A stretch of DNA of 63,808 nt, the filler included, from Welwitschia mirabilis (Eukaryota): assembly GCA_051453625.1 (NCBI GenBank). It is 5 parts of one record of this genome, joined end to end, with 100 filler letters (N's around TTAATTAATTAA, not from the genome) between each part and the next. Parts side by side here need not be neighbours in the genome. Positions count along the whole stretch, not along the records: positions 32,246 to 47,618 come from JBOZIK010000001.1; positions 47,719 to 61,064 come from JBOZIK010000001.1; 3 more parts are not named here. One strand, written 5' to 3'. The notes under the pieces are model-generated. The model was not told where the DNA came from, made no database searches, and saw only the letters and a program-made list of their open reading frames with translations. The position numbers were made by a program, and so were the translations under genes. Shown one piece after another: positions 41,561 through 53,949 of the stretch (positions are counted from its first letter, which is position 1; each line of letters opens with the position of its first letter).

Positions 41561-44099
41561 TTATGTGAGATTAGGTGAATATATCTAAAATATGTTACAT
41601 GGATGCTCAAACTGATCCCATCAATTTGTTTAAAATGTGAAAAAATTATGAAATTATGTCCTGCCCTTCTTAAAAGTGTTAATAAATTCCATATTTCTTG
41701 GTCATGTGTAGAAAAACGTGAAACATGTGAAAAATTTGAAACATGTATTTTAGGTGGGCCTCACATAAAGTAAAAAAAGAAAATTCTTAACAAAAANNNN
41801 NNNNNNNNNNNNNNNNNNNNNNNNNNNNNNNNNNNNNNNNNNNNNNNNNNNNNNNNNNNNNNNNNNNNNNNNNNNNNNNNNNNNNNNNNNNNNNNNNNNN
41901 NNNNNNNNNNNNNNNNNNNNNNNNNNNNNNNNNNNNNNNNNNNNNNNNNNNNNNNNNNNNNNNNNNNNNNNNNNNNNNNNNNNNNNNNNNNNNNNNNNNN
42001 NNNNNNNNNNNNNNNNNNNNNNNNNNNNNNNNNNNNNNNNNNNNNNNNNNNNNNNNNNNNNNNNNNNNNNNNNNNNNNNNNNNNNNNNNNNNNNNNNNNN
42101 NNNNNNNNNNNNNNNNNNNNNNNNNNNNNNNNNNNNNNNNNNAAAGAAAATGCTTAACAAAAAATTTAATCTACTAGAAATGTAAAGCATGTCATCCTGA
42201 TCAATTTTCCATGAAAGACTATAATGTTTTAATTTATGGTTTACAAGAAAATGAGGTTTAAAGTGAAAAATCTAATTCTACTTTATAAAGTGTAAAATTT
42301 ATCATAACAAACTAGATTCGTAAGTTCCTAATCAAATAGGTTAAAAAACTAAATAACATATGTTGAAAATACACATCAAAAGGTTGTAAAATGGGGGAAA
42401 AAATTAAAAAAATTACATACCTCATTTTAGAGAATTTACTAAAATCTAAAAATTTGGTAACGATTTTGATTGGGGGAACTTTTAGCACATTGGCAGGGAT
42501 CAAAGACAATGTCATCTCTTTAGAGAATAGATAGAAATAAAAAAGAATGAAATAAAAATGAGAAAAAATAAGTCCCACCATGGCTTTATCACACTATCAT
42601 GTAGTCACATCGTCCAGATGACAACCCTAGGATAACTGTGAGAAATAATCCTAATGTCGTCCTTAGTGTCATCTGGGCAACTAGGTGTACAATAGGAATT
42701 TAAATCATTTAAGAAAATATTGAGATGTTAATCAAAAAAGATAGGCTCAGATATCATCATAAAGGTATCAAAATGTATCAGAAAGCTTAAAAAATTGGAA
42801 TGGTAAAGAGTCATGACAAATAAATATGAGGAGAAAAATGCAAAAGATTGAAAGATAGGTGATGAAAAAAAAACTAAGTAGGAAGAAAAACTGGTAAATA
42901 AAACTAAATAAATATGCCCAAACTAATAAATAACCTTAAATATACATAGAACTCAAAAAGAATTAAAGGAAACTCATAAAAATTGTGAAGAATAAGATAT
43001 GATTGTCTAAATAAAATGCTAAAATAAAGTCAACTTTTTTACTTAAAAAATGACATGAATAATAAAAAAGAAACTATTAAATGATAAGGTCTTAGATGTG
43101 GATGAAAAAGTACCAAAATGACATTAAAATAATAAATTAAAAAACCAAAGGAAAGTAAAATAAAAATGGATATAAGGAACATGAAGAAAATAGCTTATCT
43201 ACCCTAAATTCTAACCTAGCAAAATCCTTTAAAAAACATCATAAAGCCATTTAAGTAAAAAATGCATGACAACTCCATAAATTTCATTTAATAAGGTAGT
43301 GATAATGATAACATCAAAGATCAAATGCTTAGAATAATGAATGATAAGATCAAAAAATACTAAAAATAGATTCACCTCCTCACACCCCAAAAAACACCTA
43401 AGTCCTCAAAAGTAAAATGATCATGTGTGAATACTAAAAGTCTAAGAAATAAATAATACCTCTAGTAACACCAAAAAAACCACTAATTCCGTAGCCTCAA
43501 AGTTTTTTTAGTACTTTTTATGATGAGGGTAGTGTAACCATAGTTAAAGAATTAAAAACACATGAATTAGGGCCAACTGATCCCCCAGTGGAGTTCCCAT
43601 AACTATTAATACTATCAAAGATTTCTTTTAGAAAAATTTACCCTAGTATTATAGGACATCATGATGACCATGTATTTTAGTACAAATACAATAGATCATG
43701 GCCATCTCTCTTCTTCTTCTTTTTTTTTTTTAAAATACAAATAATTCCCATATGATCACACACTCAAAAAGACGAAGATAAATAAATGAGATAAAAGATA
43801 GAAAAGAATATACTTAAACAACTAAAAACCTCACATCATTGAAAAAAAAAAGCATAAGAACTAAGGTATCTTCTTTTACAGTGAAGTTTNNNNNNNNNNA
43901 TGAATCTAATCTTATCACTATAAAAATGATCAAGTATGAATACTAGTCATAAAAACTTTATAAAGCACACATATAAGTCAAGTTTAAAAGATGATTAAGT
44001 GACATTATAACACCCACTAAAGGAATAGGCTAAGAGAGAATTTAGAAAATGATATGGTGGAAGTATTCCTCATTGGGAGGACCTCCAAAGCAATTTATT

Positions 44100-46090
44100 C
44101 TACGTTATTCAAGATTGCATTAAAAGGTTTTTCATATATTCTTAACCTTTATTCATTAACTTTCAAAATCTCCTTAGTTTCTAAATTGAAAATCTTAATA
44201 GATCCATTAGAATGTACTTTTTCCTATAAGATAAGGGCCTAATCATTTAGATGTTAACTTGTAATGTAAAAGATGTACTCTAGTATTATATTAAAAGATA
44301 AGTTGACCTGGTTCAAATTTTTTATGAAGTAATTCTATCATGTTTGATCTTAAATTAGCCTTTGTAAATGAATTAATGATGTATAGCATGAGTACTTTTT
44401 TTATCAAGATGATCAGGTTGGGCTAATCTATGTTTAAAATTCTTACGAAAATCTACAAGATTAAGTTGATGAAAAAAAAGGAGTTATAACACACATCAAC
44501 AGGTAAAACATAATTTTTTTCTATATATAAGTTCATAAGGTAAAAAATCAAGAGAATTATGCCAAATAGTATAATAATCCCAAAGAACATCATTAAGATT
44601 AGAAGCCCAAGATTTCTTATTAAGAGAAATAAGATTTTGTAGCATTTACTTTATTTATCTATTTACATTTTTTGCTTGACTATTAATTTGTGGATGATAA
44701 GCACAAGCCACTCTATGTTTAATTCTAATGGATAAAAGAAGTTTCCTAAAATGTTTATTAAGAAAATAAGTTCCTTAGTCACTAATGATAGTCTTATAAA
44801 ATCCAAAATGTTGAAAAATATGATTTCTAAGAAATGTATAAATAATTTAAGCATCATTTATAGAAGTAGGAATAGCTTCAACTCATTTAGTAATATAATC
44901 AATGACCACTAAAATGTAGTTCTTATTATTAGAAGGTGGTTTAATAGGACCTATAAAATTAATTTTCTAATAATAAAAAAGTTTACATTCAAGAATAGAT
45001 TTAAGGGATATCTTTTAAGAATGAATAAGACAACAATAATATTAACAACCATCACACCTTCTAGAAAAATCAAAAGAATTTTTAAAAATACTAGGCTAAT
45101 AAAAAATAGAGTGAAGGATTTTCATGGTTATTTTTATCCACTAAAATAATCTTCAAAAATACTACTATGACAATGATGAAGTATTTCTAATTTTTCCCAT
45201 TTGGACACACATTTTTGCATGATTTTATCTTTGCACCTATAATAAAGATGTAGCTCTATCCATTCATAATTACCAATTCTATGGAAAAAGCGTATTCTTT
45301 GATTATAAGTCTAATGTTATGGTGTTTGCATGATAACAATGTAATTAACAATGTTAATATATCAATGAGGAGGATAAATAAAAGATATGACAAAAAGTTG
45401 TTCATTCTAAAAAGAATCATTAATTATAATATCGTTAAGAGAGGGAAAAAAAATGACAAATGATCTGCTACACTATTATGTTTTCCTGCTTTATCAATGA
45501 TGGTCAAATTAAATTATTACATAAGGAGGATCCATCTAATAAGTCTAGCACTAAAATAGTTCTTGGTAATAGGTATTTAATTATTACATAATGTATATAA
45601 ACATTCATATGAAATCCTAAAAGATAATGTCTAAGTATATCAAAGAAAAGGATTATTGTTAACATTTCTTTTTCTATAGTAGTGTAATTCATTTGAGATT
45701 TAAAAAAAAGTTTTACTATGATTAAATATAACCTTAAAATCATTTTCATATTTTTATCTAAGCATCCCATCCACAGCAATATTACTAGCATCACACATTA
45801 ACTCAAAATTTTTATTCCAATTAGATCCTATTACAATAGGTATAGAAGAGATTTTATCTTTATGTGTGTTAAAAGTAAGCTAATAAGATTAATTATAATC
45901 AAATTTAGCTTCTTTTTCAAGTAAAAAGTGAAGGGATTTATAAATTTTAGCATAATGTTAAATAAAATGATGATAAAAACTACAATGACTAAGGAAAGGT
46001 CAAACTTGTTTTACATTTGTTGGAGGAGTTAGGTTTTTAATGATACTAACTTTTTTAAGGTACATTCTCATTTCCTTATTAGAAATGTGA
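44100..46090 (-). pseudogene. Athila-like Gypsy pol pseudogene (RT C-terminus, RNase H, integrase)
   Basis: RNase H NYTTIEKEMLTII..RHYLLG. Integrase INFIGP..NYILVVIDYITK*VEAIP (~44870-44965). C-terminal KVNE*RLRIY (decayed KVNGQRLK.Y). Order is RT-RH-IN. Confidence 0.92.
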
Positions 46091-46190
46091 NNNNNNNNNN
46101 NNNNNNNNNNNNNNNNNNNNNNNNNNNNNNNNNNNNNNNNNNNNNNNNNNNNNNNNNNNNNNNNNNNNNNNNNNNNNNNNNNNNNNNNNN

Positions 46191-46344
46191 GATATCAAAT
46201 TTCATTTCATAAGAGGATTGATTGAAGATGGGTTATTGGTTATCACTTTCTGTCAATCTAATGAGCAGCTTGCAGATTTGTTCCCCAAGGCCCTTGATAA
46301 ACAAAGATTTATTACTTTAAGAGAAAAACTGAATATTCTTGATA
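46191..46344 (+). pseudogene. Copia RNase H C-terminal fragment
   Basis: DIKFHFIRGLIEDGLLVITFCQSNEQLADLFPKALDKQRFITLREKLNI. PPT-like tracts at ~46332-46342 and 46481-46490 (AGGGGGAGAT|TG). Confidence 0.9.
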
Positions 46345-47718
46345 TTGCGGTCGGGGGGGAGTAGGAATGACAGATTACACCAAAGACTCATGTAAAAACT
46401 GTATCACACAGCTAAAAATTGTGGTAATTCTTTTTCTTAGATGTTGCTTTTACAAGAATAAAATGTGCCCGTCAATGTCTAGGGGGAGATTGAGAGCTCC
46501 ATTTTAACTTTGTAGCATGCCATTGTCCGTCACAATTTTAGTTAATAGGTTGCACTTGGTGACCTAACCCGCCTTTGCAGATGTGATTGCTAAGTCAAGT
46601 GATTCAACTCACTTGTGAATAGATGGGTCTAGTTAGCCCGCTCCTTTTTTCCTTGAAAACCCAAAAGGACAAGGTTTTTTTCAAGAGACATTATCTAGTG
46701 AAAACTGACAACAGTGCTATGTAAATGTGTTCAGGAAAGCTTGGCAAACTTATTAAATAAGCCCAATTGAAGTTGTTCATTTTGAATTTAGTAATTCAAA
46801 AAGCTTGGAAATTTTTTAGTAAGACCAGCACCCATTTATATGGAAATTGTCAGAACTCTTCCTTGTTATTATGCATTATTGGGATGATGAATTATAAATA
46901 GTACAAAATACTATCATCATTAAGAGGCATGACGAATCCATTTCACATTGCCCTTGTAATGATCAGTTTATGACAACATCATTTTGAGCCACACACAGTG
47001 ATTAAGACATGAAAATATAAAATCATATAAACTATAAATTCCTGGCATTTACACAATTCAAATGTTTTGGGAGGCCCCACAGTCTTCCCACTAAAATCTG
47101 GATAGATGTTTTGACTTTGCTTTAGTATGTAAATTGTCCACATTTGGGCTTTGCCTCAGAATATAAATGGGCCCCTTCTTCAACACTAAATTTCTTCAAC
47201 TAAAGTCAACCAAGAACAACGCCATTTCCATCGTGGGGTTCTTTCCAAATCATCCACTGATTCAGCCATGTCATCAACTCCACATCTGCAATAGAAACCA
47301 CGTCAAGGAGATAATTTCAAGCAAACGACAGAGGATAAATTATTGGCTTTTTCGCTTGACCAAGTTAACGAGATGCTGCAACTTCCGCCAAAACAAAGAT
47401 TCTTAGCCACTGCAATGATTCCGTTGCAAGATTGTTGATTCTAACACAATCTAGAGCGCTTATAATCCTGCTGATCAAGATCAATGAAAACATGGCCTGA
47501 ATCCAGCATTTCATTGTTCATATTTGGTGTAACTCAGGGCATATTCAACGGCCTGATAAGGCATGTTGAAAATTAGTTTTTGATCTGATTTGAATGTCAT
47601 TTTTTCTCCCTTTTTTGTNNNNNNNNNNNNNNNNNNNNNNNNNNNNNNNNNNNNNNNNNNNNTTAATTAATTAANNNNNNNNNNNNNNNNNNNNNNNNNN
47701 NNNNNNNNNNNNNNNNNN

Positions 47719-49450
47719 ACCTAATTTGGGATCTTCAATCCTATCATGTCTAGATTAGACTTTATTACAACCAAATAAGAATCAGTGAAAATATATAACC
47801 AAAGAAGCCAAAACTCCTTCGGTTACTAAATACATGGTGGGATGTTCGACCCCTACTATTGGGACATTCATCTCTTGATAGTAACCAAAGGTCACCAAAC
47901 ACCATGTGGGACATCCATGTATAGTAATTGGGACGTTCGACCCCTTGCAGCCTGTTCAGATTGGGATGTCAACATTTTGCACTAGAACATCTGGACTTTA
48001 ATGCAGATAGATAGACCTGGCCATGGGACATCCAAGAAAATAGACATTGGATGCAGATTACAGGTTAGATCCTGTCCAACTCACGTAGTTCAAGGCCTAA
48101 ATAGTTATCAAATGATCCCTATAGCACATTTACCTTGGCTACCTAAAAATACTGATTAATTACAACAACTAGTTTGATCAAAAATATAAATAGCCAGGTA
48201 ATTCATTTTGAAGATGCTGGAAAAATACGCACAAGTTAACTGAAGTGTATCTTGAAAAAGAACTAGCTTTCTGTACTTACCTGTGATCATCACATGTGTC
48301 GATGAATTGCTAACGTATTGTGCACTGATAGGCACTATTCCATCAAATTCTTGCAATATTCTATTCATAAGAAGCTCATTGGGCTAAACAGTTGTATTGT
48401 GAGTAGATCCCTCTTGGGAAGGGTATTGTAATTTTATTGTTGAAGGACTCTAAAGGAAACAGAAGGTTGATAGCACTTGCTACCCCTTGAAAGTGGTGTA
48501 GACAAAGTTGCCAAACCACTATAAATTGTCTATGTGCTATTCATTTCTTTCATTGTATTTTGTTTTCTAGACATTAGAAGTTCAGTCTAATGTTCATAAT
48601 CCGTTTTTATTTGTCAATTTTGTAATTTCATTGTAATTTTACTATTGGGGGATCTGACTCTAAACAGTAACCAAAGGTTACCAAACACCATGTGGGGTGT
48701 CACAATATTTTAATTGGGTGTCCGACCCAAGGCTTGTTAGGGTTGGGACGCCCAACATTCTGCACTAGGACATTTGGATTTAATGCAGATAGACAGACGT
48801 GGCCATGGGAAGCTCGAGATGACTTTTGGAATGTCTTAGAAGATAGATTTTTTGGGCACAAATTACAGATTAGATCCTATCCAAATCATGCAGTAAAAGG
48901 CCTAAGCAATTATCAAATGATCCCTGTGGCACATTTGCCTTGACTACCTGAAAATGATAACTGATTTCTAGTTTGATCAAAAATATAAATAGCCATGTAA
49001 TTCATTTTATAGATTCTAAAAAAATAGGCACAAGTGAACTAAAATGCATCTTGAAAAAGAACTAGCTTTTTGTATTTACCTATGATCATCATATGTGTGA
49101 ATGAATTGCTAATGTACTATGCACTAATAAGCATTATTCCATCAGATCCCTATAATATTTTATCCATAAGAAGCTAACTGGGTTGAGCAGTTGTATTGTG
49201 AGTAGATCCCTCCTAAGAAGAGCATTGTTATTTTTATTGTTGAAGGACTTTTAAGGAAATAGGAGGCTGCTAGCAGTTGCTGCCCCTTGAGAGTGGTATA
49301 GGCAGAGTTCTCAAACCACTACATATTGCCTGTGCGCTATTCATTTCTTTCATTTCATTTTGTTTTCTAGATGCTAGAAGCTCAATCTATTGTTCATAAT
49401 CTATTTTTATTTATCGCCCCCACTCTTGGGTGCCCTTCTTGATCCTAACA
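47719..49450 (+). repeat. SIRE-like LTR fragment with a ~790-bp internal tandem duplication
   Basis: 47880-48630 repeats at 48667-49410. The terminus CGCCCCCACTCTTGGGTGCCCTTCTTGATCCTAACA resembles the reverse complement of the LTR end at 59517. No PBS follows. Confidence 0.75.
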
Positions 49451-51617
49451 AATCTTACAAGTAATAGCTTGTGTTCTCTTTCCAACAACATATTGGATCT
49501 AGAGGAGGCAATTATAGAGATTAAATTCTTGATTCATTAAGTTCCACATATGACACGTTTGCAAGAATGAAAAGCAATATTAGCGAGACATACAAAAAAA
49601 TCGCCATAACCTTGTTCATAAGGACAGAAGCCAAAAGCACTATGTTAAGTTGTTATGTAAGACCTAAGAACATACTCAAGCTTCAAAGCCCAATTCATGT
49701 GAGAGGAGCTAACAATTTTCTGAAAAAAGACTTTGCATTGCGATGGAGTCAAGAAAATACTATGTTGAACAATATGAGGAGGAATGCCACATAAATCTTT
49801 GTGAGTTTATGTAAAGGCTTGAACATTCTTTGTTAACACATTCACTACTTGAGCTTCTTCATGTTGAGATAAAGTTGATGATATAATGAGAGGTTTTTGA
49901 GAGGCTTGTGGATGTAGATGTATTTCATATTGAGAGGTAAATCTTTGAAATTTAGCTTATTAGTTTGAAGTTCCACCCCTTCTTCTGATAGGAGGTTAAC
50001 TAGTTGTTGCAAAATTCTACTTCTTTCCAAATTAAACAATGGCTCTTCATCCAATTGTGAGTCCTCAAAGTTTTCCTTAATAGGGCTTCATTTAATTGGC
50101 ATGAGTTGGGGGAATTCAAAGAGGCTTGCATTGCTGTGAAGCCAATTTGGCCCATTTGACAATGTTGTTGGAGTGTGATTTCAGATGTCTTTGACAGGTT
50201 TCCAAGCAAATCAGGAAGAATTTGAAGATCTATCAGGATGATCACATGAAACATCAATTTCTGATATCATGGACCTTGTCCTGACATATTTCAAACTCCT
50301 CAACTTATCCAGAGCATTAGCGGCCCAACTCAGATTGTTAAGTGATGATCAAGAGGCCAAAAGATGCAAAAGAAGTATCGTCCATTCCATCCACTGGACG
50401 TTACTTAGAAGATGACAAACCAAATACATAAATAAGAAGATCATTTTTTGTTGATAGTCGTCCACCTATTCATTCACATGAATTTAGAGGATGACAACCA
50501 CTTATAAAGCAAAATTTGAAGATGGCTCTAAAGGATGACAAAGTATACCATCAAATTTAAGCTCCTTCAGAAGATATTGGGATGTGTCAATAAACTTAGA
50601 AGCCATGATCAAAATTAGAAGAACACCCGATTTTAATCAATGTACTTGTGAAGGATGAAAAAAGGTCAATTTTAGCATAAGAGAAAATCCAGTTGTAACC
50701 ATCAAAGTAGAGAAGGTTTCAAAAGGATTGTTGTCCTAGTCATCCTCCGGATGAAATATAAGAGGACAATAATCATTGTAGCTATTGTCCACTTGGTCAT
50801 CTGGACGATATTCAAGATGATTAGTAGGAACAGAAGAAACAGAAATGTTAGTTTTACAACTGATAGTTGTCCACCCCGTCGTCCGGACGACACCAGACGA
50901 ATGACACTCAACTATTACACCAAGAAGGCACATGGAGGAAAAGCAGCAGTTAGAAAAGAAGATCACATGTTGTCCACCCTATCATCCGGATGATACACAG
51001 GAGGGCGACAACTCTAATGAGTATAAAATGTATTTCATCCATTATGAAATCAATGATATGATTGCTCACAGTCCATTACTACTTCTTAGTGACTCTAACC
51101 ATCAATCTGAAATTATAAATACCCCTTTGAGTCCCTCATTTCTCATCTTTGATGCATCGACTATTCTGGTGACAAATTGGAGTTCAATTGAGCAAGGAGT
51201 CCATCTAGCTTAGGAAAGGAGCTTACCTTGGTGTTAAGCTATGTTTCTGTTTGGATTCAGAGATCCCAGGCATAGTGGAGGCCCTTGAAACCGAGTCATG
51301 AGGACCTTGCAGGGAACGTGTGCATTGATCAATTAAACTAGCTCATTATTTACATTAGAAAAGAGGGGTTTAAACATCCTCATCTCATAAAACAAAATAG
51401 GACAGGATGGGCAAGTGGGAAAGAAATATAAGGGGGTGGTTCTAACAACCACTTGAAATGGGAAGGGTTGGCTATTAAAAAATGGAAAATCCAACAAACT
51501 CCCCCTTGATGACCAATCTAAGAATTAGATTGCCATCACAATTAAAGTATTAGCGCATGCTTTGAGCATCGCAATCCACATAAATTTACTACGTAGCTAT
51601 GGAATGACCATTGCAAA

Positions 51618-51692
51618 GTGGACTAACCATGACAATGTGGACTAACCACAACAATATGGACCAACCATGACATTGTAGACTAACCATAGCAA
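51618..51692. repeat. 19-bp tandem repeat, about 4 copies
   Basis: GTGGACTAACCATGACAAT and variants. Confidence 0.85.
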
Positions 51693-52203
51693 GGGACAAA
51701 CCCAAGCAATTTTCTTGTAAAAACAACGTCATAAAAAGTGTCCCATACCACTTTTCATAACATCATCTTTATATGAAATTGCAATATTTGTTGGTTCTGA
51801 CAAGCCAAAGGATTGGGACACACTTAGGAAACGTGACACATCCAACATTATATGTGGACTTACCACAACTAGAGGACCAACTCAACAAAATAAGAAGGTG
51901 CCTTCTTCCATTCCAAGCCACTTTCACATCAATTTTAAAAATAATAATAATAATAATATGAGTGTCCCCTAAATACAAACTTTGCTTAAAAACACAAATA
52001 AGATCCAAACTACAAATCTTAATATCAATAAATATGTTAATGAGTTTTGAAAGGCATCAAAAGGGTAAGAAGAAAGCCTTATAAAGTATAGTAAAGGTGA
52101 GATAGCCAACATGACACAAGGACTGTAAGAGGAGGCTTAGCCCTGTGCATGATAAGACTGAATTTATTGCTTAGATTGCTTTCTATGTCGCTCAAGCACC
52201 GCC

Positions 52204-52516
52204 AAAATGACTATAGTAGCATCCCAACACAAAATGAATGACGATGCTCACAAGTGGCATCCCCACGCACATTCTTTTCCCCGCACCAAAAGTCCATTCT
52301 GTTTTACAAAAATCTTTCTGGCTTGATCTCGCCCACCTTTTCCCCCACCTTTGGATCTATTTTGATTGCCCAATAATTTACAATGATATGGGCATCCATT
52401 GGTGTCACATAGTGCCCGACTTTGTAGCTTTGCTTAGCTCTGTGAGGAACCAGCAATGGAGTTGAGAAAGGCTTCTAAAAGAAAACGATATAGCACAGCT
52501 GCCTGATATGACATTT
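52204..52516 (-). pseudogene. Cytochrome P450 C-terminal fragment (CYP71 clan, CYP76-like), captured and pseudogenised
   Basis: Minus translation TPLLVPHRAKQSYKVGHYVTPMDAHIIVNYWAIKIDPKVGEKVGEIKPERFL*NRMD, then after a frameshift FGAGKRMCVGMPLVSIVIHFVLG. PERF is at 52310-52321 and FxxGxRxCxG at 52261-52290. Confidence 0.9.
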
Positions 52517-53949
52517 CTAGACTGCTTTTGTATGTAGAGTCACCACTTTTGTCAAAAGACGAGCAAGTGGATCGCAATTGCAGAGGTGGTTCTATCTAAG
52601 GCGGTGTCCCTGCTAGCGCACAATCGCCTGCGGCCTTAGAGTTCGACGTTTTTGCTAGCTAATGGTTCTTTGAATCACAGGCTTCTTTGTAGGCATCATC
52701 AGACCCTTAGATTCTTGTTGCTTATTGGATTTCAAATTTGCAAGCTTCGCCCTAAATTCTTGATCACCAGCGTGGCCCTGACTCTTCCTCAAGCCAATTG
52801 TAGGCATCGCCAAGATTGAAAACATATTAAAACCATCATATAAGACAAACCAAATGTGAATTGTAGATCAAAACCTCTATGGAATAGGTAGAAAGATTCT
52901 CTACAACTTCAATGTAGAATTTATTTCCCTGTTTCTCCCATTTCGTCACTCTCAAGAAACTAGTCTAGGGTTTGGCCATGTAAGGATCGACTCCAAGGCA
53001 GCAATGGTACTAGTCCTGAGTGCACGATCCAAAGCAGAACACATAACAACGATGTGTAATAGCCTTCTTGTTGCAATCCTTCTCACTCTCCTACAAGATC
53101 TCGAGGCTAGCTATTATGTTACTCTTGAGACCTGCTCCGATACCATTTGTTAGGATTCAGAGATCCCAAGCGTAGTTGAGGCCCTTGAAACCAAGAGTCA
53201 TGAAGACCTCTCAGGGAGTGTGTGCATTGATCAATTAAACCAGCTCATTATTTACATTACAAAAGAGGGGTTTAAATGCCCTCATCTCACAAAGCAAAAT
53301 AGGAAAAGATAGGTAAGTGCAGGAGAAATATCAAATGATGGTTCTAACAACCACTTGAAATGGGAAGGGTTGACTATTAAAAAAAAGGAGAAGCCAATGG
53401 TTTCCTCCATTAAGGAGTGACTACTTCTAAGTGGATGTAAGAACATTGTGATTAATAAAAAATCATTTTGTTCTTCTAATTTCTCTCTTATGTTCTTTAT
53501 ATGTTATGTCAAAATCAAGTTAATTACGTAAACGTTAATTGTGATTTTGATATAGTGTATAAGAGTCAACTTGGGTGACAAGAAGTTGGTAAACTTGGTT
53601 AGTGTTTGCATTTAGGCTTGCATCTCATTTTTGCATCCATTTATTGCATGTCATCCATCATTGTGTTTTCACTCATTTATCATTCTGAAATTAGAATAGA
53701 AAATCATTTCAATCCCTTTCTGATTGAAGCAATTTTCCAAAAGTACTTTCGAATTCCTCTCTAGAGTACGACATTTGGGATGACCTCCTATACTAGTGTG
53801 CTTTGTATGCATTAGATAATTAACATTGCAGGTTATCATTAAAGATCAATACTTGAAGAAAAGAAGCACACAACACACACTCTAACATGCATCAAGTGAA
53901 AATCATGATGGAAATGACTAGAAGGGGATGAACTGGATTGATTTAAGAT

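Larger units (their letters stand above)
51248..53399 (-). mobile_element. Non-autonomous small LTR retrotransposon (large TRIM-like), TSD GTTTC
   Basis: Direct repeats at 51248-51496 and 53148-53399. PBS TGGTATCGGAGC (53134-53145, minus). PPT AAGGGGGAGTT (51497-51507, minus). GTTTC at 51243-51247 and 53400-53404. No gag/pol motifs recognised inside. Confidence 0.92.
49451..53894 (+). repeat. Athila-like LTR (left edge uncertain) interrupted by the P450-carrying element
   Basis: ACCTTGGTGTTA...|...CCATTAAGGAG...AAGTGGATGT rejoins across the insertion and matches the reverse complement of the LTR C motif at ~23487-23540. Ends TGCATCA. TATA-like TATAAATA at ~51114. Many GTCATCC/GGATGAC palindromes. 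Confidence 0.65.

Noticed and set aside
51618-51692. Short regular repeats as a possible CRISPR array (also 20255-20390)
   Set aside because: Head-to-tail repeats with no unique spacers, no cas genes, and a eukaryotic TE context.
52238-52465. Plus-strand 75-aa ORF
   Set aside because: It is the antisense shadow of the P450 fragment on the minus strand.
51497-53147. Retrozyme (hammerhead) or Cassandra (5S rRNA) identity for the small LTR element
   Set aside because: I could not find a CUGANGA/GAAA core with stems, or 5S A/C boxes, in the LTRs by eye. An Rfam scan would settle it.
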